Position numbers and translations under genes: made by a program. From Balanoglossus misakiensis (lineage: Eukaryota > Animalia > Hemichordata): a DNA stretch of 64,000 bases. Positions 51,312 through 64,000 of this stretch are shown here, piece after piece. The notes below the pieces were generated by a model. The model made no database searches. It had not been told where the DNA came from and saw nothing but the letters and a program-made list of their open reading frames with translations. The stretch lies in the NCBI GenBank assembly GCA_040954595.2, contig CM082594.2, positions 7,757,573-7,821,572 on the forward strand, written 5' to 3'. Position 1 is the first letter of the stretch; the number at the start of each line of letters is the position of its first letter.

Positions 51312-54300
51312 TTACTTCAGAAAGAAGACTTCTTCAATCAAATTATTTTCCTGCTCAGTGTTGTCATTTTCACCGTAGCTGCGACTTCCAAACAACTCTG
51401 GCGTCTTGGCGGTGTGACCTCTATGGGGGTCATACTTTGGGGAGCGTAAAGATGTCCTTTCCATGGAATCCACGATGGCAGTCAATGAGGAACCATACCT
51501 AGAAATTACAATCAAACATCACATAAATACGTATACCAGAGCAATGACATTAAACTTTACAATTTAAAGCACTTCCCTATTCTGAATGCCAAAGAAATTG
51601 TGATGGGGATAGCTTAGCAGTCTACAAAAACTTCTGTGCTTTGAATTAAAGCTAAGGCTTACCCATTGGTTTTGGCTTCTATGATCCTGGGTGGGCTGGT
51701 TCTCTGTGGGTTGATTTCACTTGGTAAGTTGTACTGCTGTTTTGGAGACAGAACTGCCCCTGGGTCTTCATATCTATACAGACAGACAGATAGACAGACG
51801 GACAGAAATCATTATTTGCTGCAGCCATTTATGAAACTCATATGAATCAGCGTTCTCCCCATGGACTCATGATAATTGGCCACTGAACTCTAAATTTGGG
51901 AAAATAATAGAAATTCATGAAATGACACCAATGTCAATTCTACTGACTGGGAGGTCCAGTGTACACCATTCAGAGAAACGGAATGTATGAGAACTCACCT
52001 ATCCAGAGGATTTTTCAGTGATTCCTTGGTATATCTGGTATCTGGAAGATGATTGTGTTGGGTGGGCGACTTGTATGGTGATGTATTGATCGATCTGTCT
52101 GCATACAAAGGTGATGTGCCAATGTCCACTGTATGTCGCTTCTCCAACCCATAACTTGGTGTTTTGGCATAATCTGAAACAAAGATATTAATGGGTTATA
52201 TCGTCTCTAATTTACATGGTAAAGTGTGGTAAAATTTTCACATGTTGGCAGTAAAATGAAGAAAACAATGACAGTTCTTGCAACCTCTAGTTGAAAGTAT
52301 GCTCCATTTTCTTTAATTACATGTAAATAGTAACATACCTCTTCCATGGGAAGTTGCATCACCAGATCCATCATGGTATCTACTGGGGCTGATGTAGTCA
52401 TCTTTCTTCTCCAAAGATGTTGATCCTGCGTCAAAGAGCACACTTGGTGTACGTTGATCTTCTTGTTTTTCGTACAGATCGTAGTGTCTACTGGATGATC
52501 CGTGATCACCGATGTTAAGTTCCTTGAAGGAGTTATTTTCCTCCCGAGATCTGCGAGAGTAGTCTTGAGCATTGATGGAGCTGACGATGTCTTCATCATC
52601 AAGGTCAAGTCGTCTTAGTGGCGTGTTATCGTCAGGTGGCGGGAAGTTTGTTGAAACCACGTCGTCCGAGTCGCCGTTCTCCTCGCTGGATTTGGGACTG
52701 TACTTCTTCTTGTAGGTGGGGCTCTGGCCAGTGAACGGGCTGAAATAGGGTGGAAACTTGCCGTGGAGCTCAAAGTATCGCAGGCGATCCTCGTGTATCT
52801 CTCGCTGCTGTTTCAACTCCTCCTGTTTGCGCGAGAGCTGCGACTCCTGATCTTTGAGTCGCTGCTTCAACCGCAGCTGCTCCAGACGCAACTGCTCTCT
52901 CTGGATCAGCAGCTGCTGTTTCCGCAGTTCCGAGGACAGCATCTTCGGCGCGGACTGCGAGATTCCCGAGTGAGGCAGCGGCAGGGAGGCTGGGGCCGAG
53001 TACTGTGCATCGTACGTGTTTCCCCCATTCACTCTGTGACTCTCCCGGGCAGTGTACGACAGAGGTGCAGATATCCCAGCAGTGTATGCAGGCAGACTTA
53101 AACGGTGAGCGTCCAAGCCCATCCCTCTGTGGTTATCCACGGGCAGACTTGTATAATTTTCTGAGGGGCGTGGCTTGGTGTCGTCATACTTGAACTCATC
53201 TCGAGCATCATAGCCGTTTGAACCACTGTTTGTACTTCCCAGCGACAGTTTCCTGTACTCGTCGTAAAACTCGCTTCCTCGCTCACTGTCCACGGGCGTC
53301 AGCGGTCTGAACTCGCCCCCGGCAGTTCGGGATTCGTACGTATCTGGTGGAGTCAGGCCATTGTACTTTTTGGAGCTTCTTTGACTCTCCGCAGGCGGTA
53401 CGTACAAGTCTCTGTTGCGGTGGTTGTCCACAGAGTACTTGTCCTTCAGTTCTGATCTCACAGAGTACAGATCTCTCTCGTCCAGTCGCGGAAAGTGTCC
53501 ATAATCGTAGTTCCGCTGCTCAAATTCGCGTCGCGACCTGTCAGTACTCGCGAACTCCGGCTTGAAATCATCATCGAAGTCCTGCTGGAAACGCGTCACA
53601 CCATTCTCACTTGGATAACCCTTGAACTTGGGATCGGCAGCGTACATTCCGTTTGTGTGTGGATCCGGCATTTGACTTCTACGGTCGCTCTGGGTAAGAG
53701 CTACGTCAGGACTTACCTTGTGAGGTGTGGCGACTAACTCACTCAGTGTTTGCGACATCTTCTCCTGCTGGCTGGCTATCTGAGACTGGTAGGAAGTCAG
53801 GATTTGCTGACATTCGGTATACTGCTTTTGAAGAGGTACAGAATATCGTCAAGGCAAATTTCCTTTACTAGTTTACAAATTAAAAGCAAAATAAACGTAA
53901 ACAAATTCGGAGGTCATGTGTAACAAGCATGAGTCTACAAATAGGTTATTTCACACATTTTGTTTGCCTTCATGAAGGATATTTTCTCGTTCACCAAGAA
54001 TATTCTTGTACTGATCTTGTAGTTTATTCACTTTCTCTTCAAATATTTGTCTTTCTTGTTGAAGCTGCTCCTCTGCATTTTCTTTCTCCTCACCAATCCT
54101 GAAAATATGTTTACAAAATGCATAAACAACTTTCACAAATCAACAAAGCTACACCTCAATGTCAATCAATTAAAAAGCTTTAAAACTTCTGTTGTACTCT
54201 TGCTTATACAACACACACACACAAAGTGAGCGCAATTGACTTTTGAACCGACTCTGACCTACCTGGCCAACTCACGGATCAGGTTTGCCACTCTCTTCTT

Positions 54301-56361
54301 ATCCTCCGGCCTCAAATCCTTCAACGCTGGTCTCTGTTTGGACTTCATGTTATTCAACTGCTGAGACTTTGGGTGAAAAAATATAAATATTTCCAACTTC
54401 AGTCAAGAAACAGTACTTTGGGAACAACAGGTGAATTGGTAACTGTGTAACTGAATCTTCTGTTGCTAACTCACTGGTTTTTGCCTTGGCAATCACTGGC
54501 CAGCTTGGGTATCTGTTTACACTGCACATATCAAGTTATGTTACGTTGACAAGCCAGCTTCAAGAGTCCACTCACATAAGCTACTTACAATGGATTTCCC
54601 TGGCTTAAAAACTTACATCTAGCCATTTCAGAAGCATGCCAATCTCACGCATCTTTCCCTTAAATTTTCAGGTACACTTTAAGTGACTGCAGGTGGGCAA
54701 GTTGGTGAAGTTAGTTCCGTTTCTACGCTACTGCTAATGTGCAGGCAGCGCGTATGTAGTGAAACTGGATACATATGTAGAATAGCAAAGCGCATGTAAA
54801 CTTTAAACAATATTAATTATTCATGAAATTGATGAAATTCAAGAATTTGGTTATTTTTCAAGCAAAGCAAAAATTGGAAATCACAGATTCAGTGTATTTC
54901 ATAGAAAAAAAATTATCACAAATTCTGGAATTGCAGGATATTTGATAAAAACTGTTTTGAAACTCTGCAACTTGAAGTAAAGGGAGGGGATAATGCCTTG
55001 TGTAAGACTACACTGTAAGAATATAGGAACCAAAGAGACTGCATGTTTAAATCCCACAGGACATGGGTGAGAATAGACTCCAAGACAGGGAACAATACAC
55101 ATAACTGAATGGGTCACAGTGCAAATCAAAAGGTTCATTGATTCTGGGAGCGGAGAAGAATGTCGAAACTCACAAAAATCAATATGCTAACAACTACATG
55201 ACAAAAGGTGCGCTGCATCTTTTAATCCAACCCAAGCTATGAGTGCACAGCATGATGGGAGTGCTGACAAAAAAACATGACTTTTCTGTTTACTGTGATT
55301 TTGTTAAGTTGCTATAGCAACATATCACAAAATCTATCAAATGGTGTGTATGAAGCATACAAACAGTATCTGATGACTTGATAACATTTTCTCCCTACAA
55401 AACCAACAAATCCAGGTTTACAAAATCAACATTAGAACAATTTAACTGTGTATTATATATGTGTATAATCAATTAAATCATTCAGCTTACCTCATCATTC
55501 TCGATGTTCTCTTTGCTTTTGTTGATACTCTTAAGGGGTCTCCTTTTGCCAGGCGACAAATCTTCGACAATGACTGGTGACTTAGAGGGTACTTTGGCTT
55601 TGATTTCTTTAGTCCGCCTCGCCCTCATCTTTACACTAGGTCGTTTATTACCAACATCATTTACCCCTGTGGATTACAAATTATGAAAACTTACATACAA
55701 AGCTTCTTTTTACAGACATCTTAAAACATTCAATATCAAATGAATTATTTTACATTATTCTGAAAAAATACACATAATCTAGGCATTTTCTTCAGATATT
55801 GAATATTATACAATGTACTGGTAAAAGGTTAGATGATGTCTTTACTTACCAGGAACATGGACCAATTCTGGATCAGTTTCTTCATCACTAGCTGTTTTAT
55901 ATGGTTAAGGTGTCAAACATCTGAACATAGCTAGGGGGTATTGCGGTGAAGACCAAAACCGGAAGTGTACAAGAAATGAAAACAAACGCTACAGAAACTG
56001 GTATTTTTCACTTGGCCGTTATTTCACGAATACTTAATGACTAGAATGTTTCTCTTTTGAAAATTTGGGACCCTTGCTATTAATTTGACATTCCAGAGTA
56101 GCACAATCGTGATTTTGAAATCATGTTTCGACGAAGAAAAAATTGACAGACCAACCAACATGCTCAAACACGTCAGTGTCGACTCAAACACTTGGTGCAT
56201 ACTCCGAAAGTAAGGCTACCTCGTTAATGAAAAACTTACAGCTTCTTGTTGATTCGATCGGACACTGGTTACGCACAAATGCATTCAGACACTCTCCAAA
56301 ATCTCGCCAAAAGGATACAATCTTTGGTCCAGTAGATCTCGTATGTCAGATCGTCCGCCAT
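51312..56361 (-). CDS. KIAA1328: Hinderin (KIAA1328); exons 56361-56319, 55891-55850, 55666-55491, 54366-54263, 54098-53983, 53835-52339, 52173-51999, 51773-51663, 51498-51312
   Basis: YWTKDSSDEE..VHVPG, LKDLRPEDKKRVANLIRELARIGEEKE, LQKQYTECQQILTSYQ and C-terminal ENNLIEEVFFLK* resemble KIAA1328 conserved blocks. The frame is continuous with two U12-type introns. Confidence 0.85.
53836..53982 (-). other. U12-type AT-AC intron in KIAA1328
   Basis: 5' ATATCCTT (53982-53975), branch TGCCTTGAC about 13 nt before the 3' AC; splicing joins ERE|TLQKQY in frame. Confidence 0.88.
55892..56318 (-). other. U12-type GT-AG intron (intron 1) in KIAA1328
   Basis: 5' GTATCCTTTT at 56318, branch CCTTAAC at 55910-55904, no polypyrimidine tract, 3' CAG; joins WTKD|SSDEE. 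Confidence 0.88.
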
Positions 56362-57781
56362 GTTGTGTGCTGATATTTACAAATTCACCGCCAGTTGAAC
56401 TACGCATGCTCGGGAAAGTTGGACGTGCCGGCAGTGCATTATGGGAAAAGTTCACATACCTCTGTTTATCATACACACAGACTGGTGCAATGATTGATTC
56501 ATCTTGTACATACAGTAAAGACAGCAGTATTAATACAGAGAACAAACTAACATCGATCACACGCACACACTATATACTACCAAGAACGCAGAATTCATTG
56601 AAACACAAACAATCTTTATTGAATCAAACAAGGCTGTCAAGCCAGCAAATGTCACCTGGAGGCTCCAAGCATGCGGAGAAGAATATGCGTGAGACTTGAG
56701 CTGAGAGCATGAGCATGAGTTGTCATTAAATATTATAAAAATACAAATGAAAATATAACTGATATATATAGATGAATAAACATGAATAAACATGCAATAT
56801 AAATAGTAAAAATAGAAAATGTTGTACATATGAGACGGAACAAAAAAGAATGTAATGTAAGCTGCTTTAGTACTCTGGATAAAAGAGTTTGAACAAACTT
56901 ATGCAGATTGTACTTATAAATGAGTTGTTTACTTGTCATGAGTTGATTTGAAAAGGCATGCCCTCTACACATCATACGTTGGAGATACAGTTGACCACTG
57001 AGTTGCTGTATGTAATAGCGAGTAAATGACAAAATAAATTTGTGAACTTAACAGAATACATTGACTCAACTGTCTCTGTTAACCAAACATAGCCAAATTA
57101 TTCAAAGCACCAAATGAAAATGTTCCCAACACATTTTCATGCTCGACACACAAAAATGGTGTCCATAGTTACGGTTGAAAAAATGGCTGAAAGTTCATGG
57201 TGACATACTCCTATGCATACATCATGGAAACAGCTGACATGCAATACTAAAGGATCAATCTGATAGGTTGTTTCTATTCCAATGTCAAACTCTAAACCTA
57301 ACAGCAGCTGCCTTTCAAAGGGACATACATAAATGTCAACGACCCTGTTTTAACACTCCTTTGGAAATCTACAAATTAGAAAATGAACGAGAAAAATGGA
57401 AAATTCTCACATTTCCAGTCAATGAAATTATTGCATAATGCACCATTTGTTACTGGCACAAAACTCCAGCAGCCAATTAAGCATACCTGTTCAAAGAATG
57501 AAATTTTCCAAACTTAAGAAAATACAATACAACAATTTGAAATTTTGGAACACTTTGCAACGAGTTCAACTGAATACACATAGTACTGACTACTATAGTT
57601 AGTACCTGCAACATTTACTAGTAAGTTTTAAACAAAATTTTTTTTTTCTTCTATAAAGTACATGCTTTACTCAAACTTTTCTACTTGGGCAGTGCATTCT
57701 GCTTTGGCAGTAGATGCATGGCTTCGTAAATTATTACCTGTTGAAATAAAAATGTAACAGTTCTTGCAACTGTAAAAATCT

Positions 57782-60700
57782 TTATTTGTCTTCTTTTTGT
57801 TCCTCTTCTTCTTCTGATTCAGATTCAGATTCTGATGAAGATGGTGCTGAACTCGACTTATCACTATCACTTTCTTCCTGATTTTCGTTTTTCTCTCCGT
57901 CGCCATGGCCACACTGTCCCTCTGCATCAGGTTCTGCGAGTGCACCATGTTTCATCTCGATACCAGCACATTCCTCTTCTGGGATAAAGGGAATCTTATT
58001 GAGATCATCTGAGAAGACTTCTGTTCCCAGCAGGTGTGTGGAGAGATCGAGGCTGGCAGAGAGTGCATCGGTATTAGTTGCCTCGGATGAACTTCCTTCG
58101 GATATCGAGTAGCTGCCACTGGTGGTGGTGGTTGCTCTCGTATCATCAAGATGGCTTCCGGACAACGTGCTGTATGATACCTCATGGTCGCTGGACACTC
58201 TTAAATCAGTTCCATCGCTGGCCGGCTTCTTAGTGCCTACATCGCTCTCTGACGAAGTGCTATACGATTCGCGATCAGTAGAAGACAGGGAGTAAGTTTC
58301 ATTTGCTACGTGACGTTGTTTCACATCCCTCGACTTACTGTCAGATGACACGTTATACGAGTCAAGGTCGGGTGCTGGTGTTGTTTCTAGATCAGTGTCT
58401 GTTTGGTGCAAATCGGCGGAATCCGTGGCCAGTGTGTTGTCGAGATCCGACGATGGGGGTAGTGAACTGTTGGGATCACCGGCTGACAGAGAAGTGTCAG
58501 GGGAAGTGTCAGGCGTATCCGTGGAGCCCACGTGGCTAAAGGCACTTTTCTCCGCAGTTTCCATACTGACCATGGAAGCGAAGGAGGAGGAGTCGTCTAA
58601 ACTCGACGGGTCGGTGCTGGGAGAGCTTGCTTCCACCGAGACGGCCGACTTGAACGAGGCGCTGTCTTCGGACACGGGCGATATCTCCCTAGGTTCACCA
58701 GCGGCGGTCTTTTCTGGCTCCGAGACGGTCTCCGTCATGTCGAAGCTTTTCTGCGAGGAAGAACCCATGCAAGAGGACTCCGAACTGGACACATCTGCCA
58801 GGAGCAGAGACTCGCTCATTCTTGAAGTATCACTGATGACGCTCGACTCGTGGTAAGCGGCAGAATGACTCCGGTCGGCAGAGTCGTCATACCAGGTACT
58901 GTCTCTACTCTGGGAGAGAGGTTCGTAGCTGCTGTCTTGCATAGATGTCACCTGATCAGAGTGGCAGGACCCTGTCATTGATGCGTCCGTGCTGACCTCG
59001 CTACTCTCGGCGGTAGTAGACGTGATCTCCAATAACCCAACGCTGCTCGAGTCTTCGTACGATGCATGAAAATCACCAGCATGCCCTTCATCGCCAAGTT
59101 TCGCCCCAGAGCTCATCGTTGGATAGATGGGACTAGCCTGACTTTCCTCTGAAACACTGCTCAGGTCCGACTCTCTCTCTCTCAAAGGCGTGGAGGCACT
59201 CATAGACGAATCACTGACACTGAATGTTGCATGATGAGAGTCACTGACACTGAATGTTGCATGATGGGAGTCACTGACATTGAATGTTGCATGCTGGGAG
59301 TGCTGGTCCTTCTTCACACATTCCCCTTCCGCCGTCAAATCCGGAGTTACCGGTTCTCCACTACCATTCCGTAGACCATTGCTTCCACTTTTAGCACCAT
59401 AGACCTCACGGAAGGCTCCATTGTCGCTGGGAATGTCCCCTGTGTTGCTCCAGCTCCTTCCGGGATATTTGCCAGACAGATATCCAGAGCCGAAGGAGCC
59501 TAACGCCTGCCCTGTTTCAAAATCAGTCGGAAATTTCATGCCTAATCTACCTGTGGCATTTCGGGCAAATGAACTTCGTTTCGGAGAACCGTTTGTACAT
59601 GTACTTGGTGGGCTTTCTCTTGGCGACTGTGCAGCGTATCCAAGAGAAACCATTTTCTGGTTAATGTTGACATCCTATAAAAGGAAGAAAGAAATGAAAA
59701 TAATTTGAACAAATCTTATATCAAGGAAATATTTTACCATGTTTTATGCAAGCACACATTCCCTATATTTGACACACATTTTCATACTGCCAATCAGTCA
59801 TCTGGGTGCACACACACACACACAGATGTGATAGACAGTTGTATTGGGATTCTGTGTCTGTACATATACCAGAATTCTCACCTGTGGTCCGTTTGTATCA
59901 ACTAGCTCCACACATGGCAGTAGTCCTTTCTCTGTCTGTTTGTAGCTCAGTATCTTAGCCATCATCACTTTCCACTTTGCACAGTACGTCAAGTTTTCAA
60001 ATTCATCTGTGGCCTCCTCTGTCCAGCCATCGCCTAAAATCACAAAACAAAAGTCCACAGTTTGTTCAATTTCTCTGAATCTGTAAGTAAACTAATTCAG
60101 TCATCACATGTTTTTATAATTTCTCTAAAAGGATGGTGGTGAAGTACCTACTTACCAACAGGTTCAACATTTGCCAGAAAGCACTCCATTGCCTGGAAGG
60201 GTAAGCTCAGAAAATCGCTCCTGAAATAATAATTTTAAAAACATGACACACACTGACAACCACAAAGTGAAAATAGTGTTGATTGGAGTTTTTAATTTTC
60301 ACAAGACAATTGTAGTGATATTAAACATACCGAAGTTTGTAAACTTGGTCTCGGTCCACAACTCCATCGTCGCCAAAGTCTACATAGTAGACAGATACTT
60401 TGTCATCTTCTAAGCTGGTAACTTTGGATCTGTACCAGTCATTGTCGTGTTTGAATGGCGTGCTCACAATATCACCGACGTCAACAGACAAGGGTATCTC
60501 CATCTGTGGATAGAAATCACAATCTTTCAAGACATTTTGTATCAGTCAATATGGGATATCAATATATAGCCTCCACTCACACAAAGGGGTGGTACCTTGT
60601 CAGAGATGAGAAGGTGACACATACCTCTCTGTTGTCGGGATCTGAATAATACTCGGTCATTGTCTCGATCAAGTAGTCCAAATGCTGTGACTTGTGACCT

Positions 60701-63700
60701 AACACTTGAAGCCAGAAATGACCGGCCGTGCTGACCGCCGATACGTACACTTCAAAGTGGTCACACTGAGTTGGCAGTGCACTGTCTGAGACTACGAATC
60801 TGTTGAAAGCTGTGGAAAAATGGAAACAACAAAAGATCTTCAGTACTGGCTTTATTAACCCTTTCAAGCCTCGTTTTCTGAGAACGTATCTGAATTTCTC
60901 CTGTTTATAGGATATCCGGCCAGAAAGGGTGAAAATGCCATGTCAACTAAATTTCAGTTTCGATAAAATCATATTTTGTGTTTTTCGTTTCAGCTTTTTA
61001 AAATACATGATTGCAGTCATGGGAGTCGACATCTCAATTCTGAGGTGTCAGTGAACCTAATGGGTAAAAGATCATCCCACCAACCTGGTCTCATGGCAGT
61101 TCTCTGTGGTCTTGAGTCTGCGTTTGCAGACGATGGCCTTTCCTTGTTGGGTTTGGGACTGCGCGGTCTTCGATTGGCAGAAGCTAATTCCAGTTTCTGC
61201 TTGAAGAGTTCCTCCTCGGCTACTTTCTCCTCGATCAATCCCTGATACAGAAGTGGGGGGAAGAGGGGGGGGTGGAAGAGGGGAGGGTAAGGGGATGATG
61301 TCACCACTTAGAATAATCACTTCATGAGACAAGCAAAACGAGTCATTCGCTATAAAATTGGTAGACTACCTTTGCATTTTGTATCTGTTCCATAGATCCC
61401 TTGAGAGTAACAATCTCCTGTCCATTTGGATCGCGCTCATCACCACTTCTGTTGACTTTGATCCGGGCCTTGGAGATCCGACACATGCTTCGGATATTGT
61501 CACCGTTTCTTCCTGCGTCAGAAAAGTGATAAATTTAAATTTAATACATTTTAATGTGCCTGGGTGTTCAAAGATCCAAATCATGGTTAGAGTTCCCTCA
61601 AACAGAACAGTGAATATACTCTCCCTTTCACAAGTTGCCAGTGGTGGCGCTGTTGGTGACTTAGTGGTATTTCATGAAAAGATTCCAATCTGGTTAAAAA
61701 TATACATCTTCAACACAAGAAATTTCTAAATGTTCAAAAATCTGGAGTTTCTTTAGAAGTAAAATTGGGTACTTTACCAATGATTCTTCCCAAAGCTCGT
61801 CTTGGTACAGGAATCTCCACCGTTACTATAACAGGCTGCTTTGCAATGTGTTCCCTGACTAATCTCTCGGCTTCCTGCACGCACTCCTCTTTGCCACGGA
61901 TAATCATCACCCTCTCTTCATCCTCCTTGAAGCCGGTCTCATCGCGGAAGTTCACCCGGGCTCCGCTCTTGTTCTGAATCTGCGGAAATGTTCGGTAAAC
62001 AGAAGTTGAACCAGTGTTTTCGCACACAGAACCTCTGTTGTTAGGAGTCATGGTCTCGGCATCGACAAGACTTGCGATTCATTTAAATGAGACTCTGGCC
62101 TCGCCCTTTGCTGAGCACATTTACAGTACACATGATACGTTATTTAATTAAACTGAAAATGTTCCAAAAATGACAGAAATAGCAAGAGCCTGCTTGGGTG
62201 AACATGAATGGAGCTTTAAAATTTGCCTGCAGAATGCTTGTTTACCTGAAAAATCATGATGATGAGAAAATGAAAATATCATGCACAAGTACATGTAATA
62301 GATAAATACAGAACATGCTGCTCAGGATTTACCCTGCAACTTCACTGGATCTTTTTTTCCTGTTATCATATCAGAATATTGATTTGGTTTTTCCTCAACA
62401 GACACAACCATCAACGTTATTCAAAGACCAGTTCTTTTGTGTTTTAGGGGAAAAGTTATTTGAGTTTTTGATTCTTACAGCACAACATTGAATCATCGAC
62501 TGTCAGGAAGCAACCCTAAAATCCATCTCTGGTAACATCATAGATTATTAAATACACCAGTGACCCTCTCGGTACATTCCAAAAAGTACTGGTATGTCAT
62601 TGTAGTACTTACACATTAGACCTGTACACAGTATCAATATCTATTTTCTCATAATTTCCGTGTAGTTGAATGACAACACAACCAAAAGGGCAAAGTCTGT
62701 CATCGGCTGCCAAGTAGGATTTATTTGTTGTGATAATGTGCATGTATTTGGCAGTGAATTATTAGTTGTCAAAGTGCCTGTCGTATAGGCTAACTAAAAT
62801 ATGTGCTATTTGAATTGTACAATACTCCTGGATGACACATCGGGTATTTGTGTACTGAAACCCGACTGAAAAGGATACCCTGTTTAATGTTTGACAGAAG
62901 TGTCAAATCATTCAATGGATATCTTTATTTGCATGTTGGCCACTACTGAGCCAGACATGGATAACCCTGTAGTTAAACTGGAACCAAAATAGATGCTAGC
63001 GATCGATTTCTCTTAGTATCTTCTTTTTCATTGCGCAATGAAATCCAGAGCTTTCATGCAGGCAGATGAAATGATCAGAAAAAATAAATAACTAAAACCA
63101 TGCAACTGACAACTAGAGAGATACGAGACACAGGAGCACAATCACCGCACGAAAAAAGAAACAAAGAGAGTTTATCCAGGAAAGATTGACCATAATGAAG
63201 CCGGAAAGCAGCAGCAGGACCCCACGGATAACAACAGGAAAGGTGGGGGGGGGGGGACCATACCTGGTACATGTAGGAGAATAAAGAGCCATCCGTAAAA
63301 CTGCCACGGTAATGAATTTCATCCTCCTCTAAGAAGTTAACCCTCGTAGATTTGCGTTTCTTTCGAGTGACATTGCTGTCGACCGAATCACTCGCATTGT
63401 CACCCTTTTGCAGCGTGCGTTTTAGAAAATGAAGAAAATTACACAAAACTAGTCAAAGTTAGAATTGGAATCAAACAACACTTCAATGCGATAATCATCA
63501 CCAATTAAGACATGTACTTCTCCTTAAAACTATCATGTTATATTTTCTTAAAACCATCCAAAGCACAACAAAACCCTGAAACAAACCTCCTTGATGTTGC
63601 TTCCCTGCCTGCCAATGATTGACCCCACGACCTCCTGCGGAACTTTCACCTCTACGATCTTTTGGCAAGCGATGGCTATATCCTGAAGCTGCTCTTCTGA

Positions 63701-63992
63701 AAAAAAATTAAAACACAGGAGATTTAATCAAAATGAATATTCCATATCTTTCAGTAGAGTGATTTTCCATGTGGATGGATTTTCCTGTTCTGTTTCATTA
63801 CTTTGCTAACAATAGTGGCCATCACTCAAATATTATATTGATCATATGAACAAAAAGAGCGTTACACAGGCATATGTAAATTAAGGGTGATTGCCTACCT
63901 TCTTTTCTCTTGTACAGAAGATACAGCAACGCTGCTGCGGCAGGGACTGTTATAGCCAAGGCTACATACTGACCAGTGGAAAGACGACCCAT
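57782..63992 (-). CDS. TDRKH: Tudor and KH domain-containing protein (TDRKH/Papi); exons 63992-63899, 63696-63587, 61979-61778, 61512-61370, 61241-61085, 60809-60625, 60503-60331, 60220-60156, 60033-59882, 59674-57782
   Basis: N-terminal TM (VALAITVPAAAALLYLLY), two KH domains (VGSIIGRQGSNIKE; LGRIIGRNGDNIR) and an extended Tudor (EVYVSAV..HFWLQ, WYRSKV, YYVDFGD, SDFLSLPFQAMEC); all phases are consistent. Confidence 0.93.
59208..59300 (-). repeat. Three tandem 30-bp coding repeats (SHHATFSVSD-like) in the last exon of TDRKH
   Basis: TCACTGACA(C/T)TGAATGTTGCATG recurs with a 30-bp period. Confidence 0.9.
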
Positions 63993-64000
63993 TGCTAATC

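Noticed and set aside
60855-60933. TTAACCCTTT...AAAGGGTGAA, a tiny piggyBac-like element
   Set aside because: The inverted match is only about 6-10 bp and the right TTAA is imperfect; too weak without other copies.
1-64000. CRISPR arrays, operons or other prokaryotic systems
   Set aside because: The sequence is intron-containing animal DNA and no spaced direct-repeat array was seen.

Overview
Eukaryotic (animal) genomic DNA with spliceosomal introns; gene content and sequence style suggest an invertebrate deuterostome such as a hemichordate (inference). Gene order: SMAD4 first coding exon (-), CHTOP (-), VPS72 (+), MNS1 (-), PSMB4 (+), a filamin-like gene (-) with an N-terminal hydrophobic segment, a CH domain and two filamin repeats, then a CpG-rich ~28 kb region. 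That region holds a 2.4 kb foldback-type non-autonomous DNA transposon (6-bp TSD), a 426 bp MITE (130-bp TIRs, 9-bp TSD) and two tandem small-exon NDUFA4/C15orf48-family genes (+) that the ORF track misses. KIAA1328/hinderin (-), with two U12-type introns, and TDRKH (-) follow. The most notable items are the paralog pair with matching promoter motif layout, the putative membrane-anchored filamin-like protein, the two minor introns and a candidate in-frame cassette exon in TDRKH. All exon structures were assembled by eye from splice signals and remembered homology; no database search was run.
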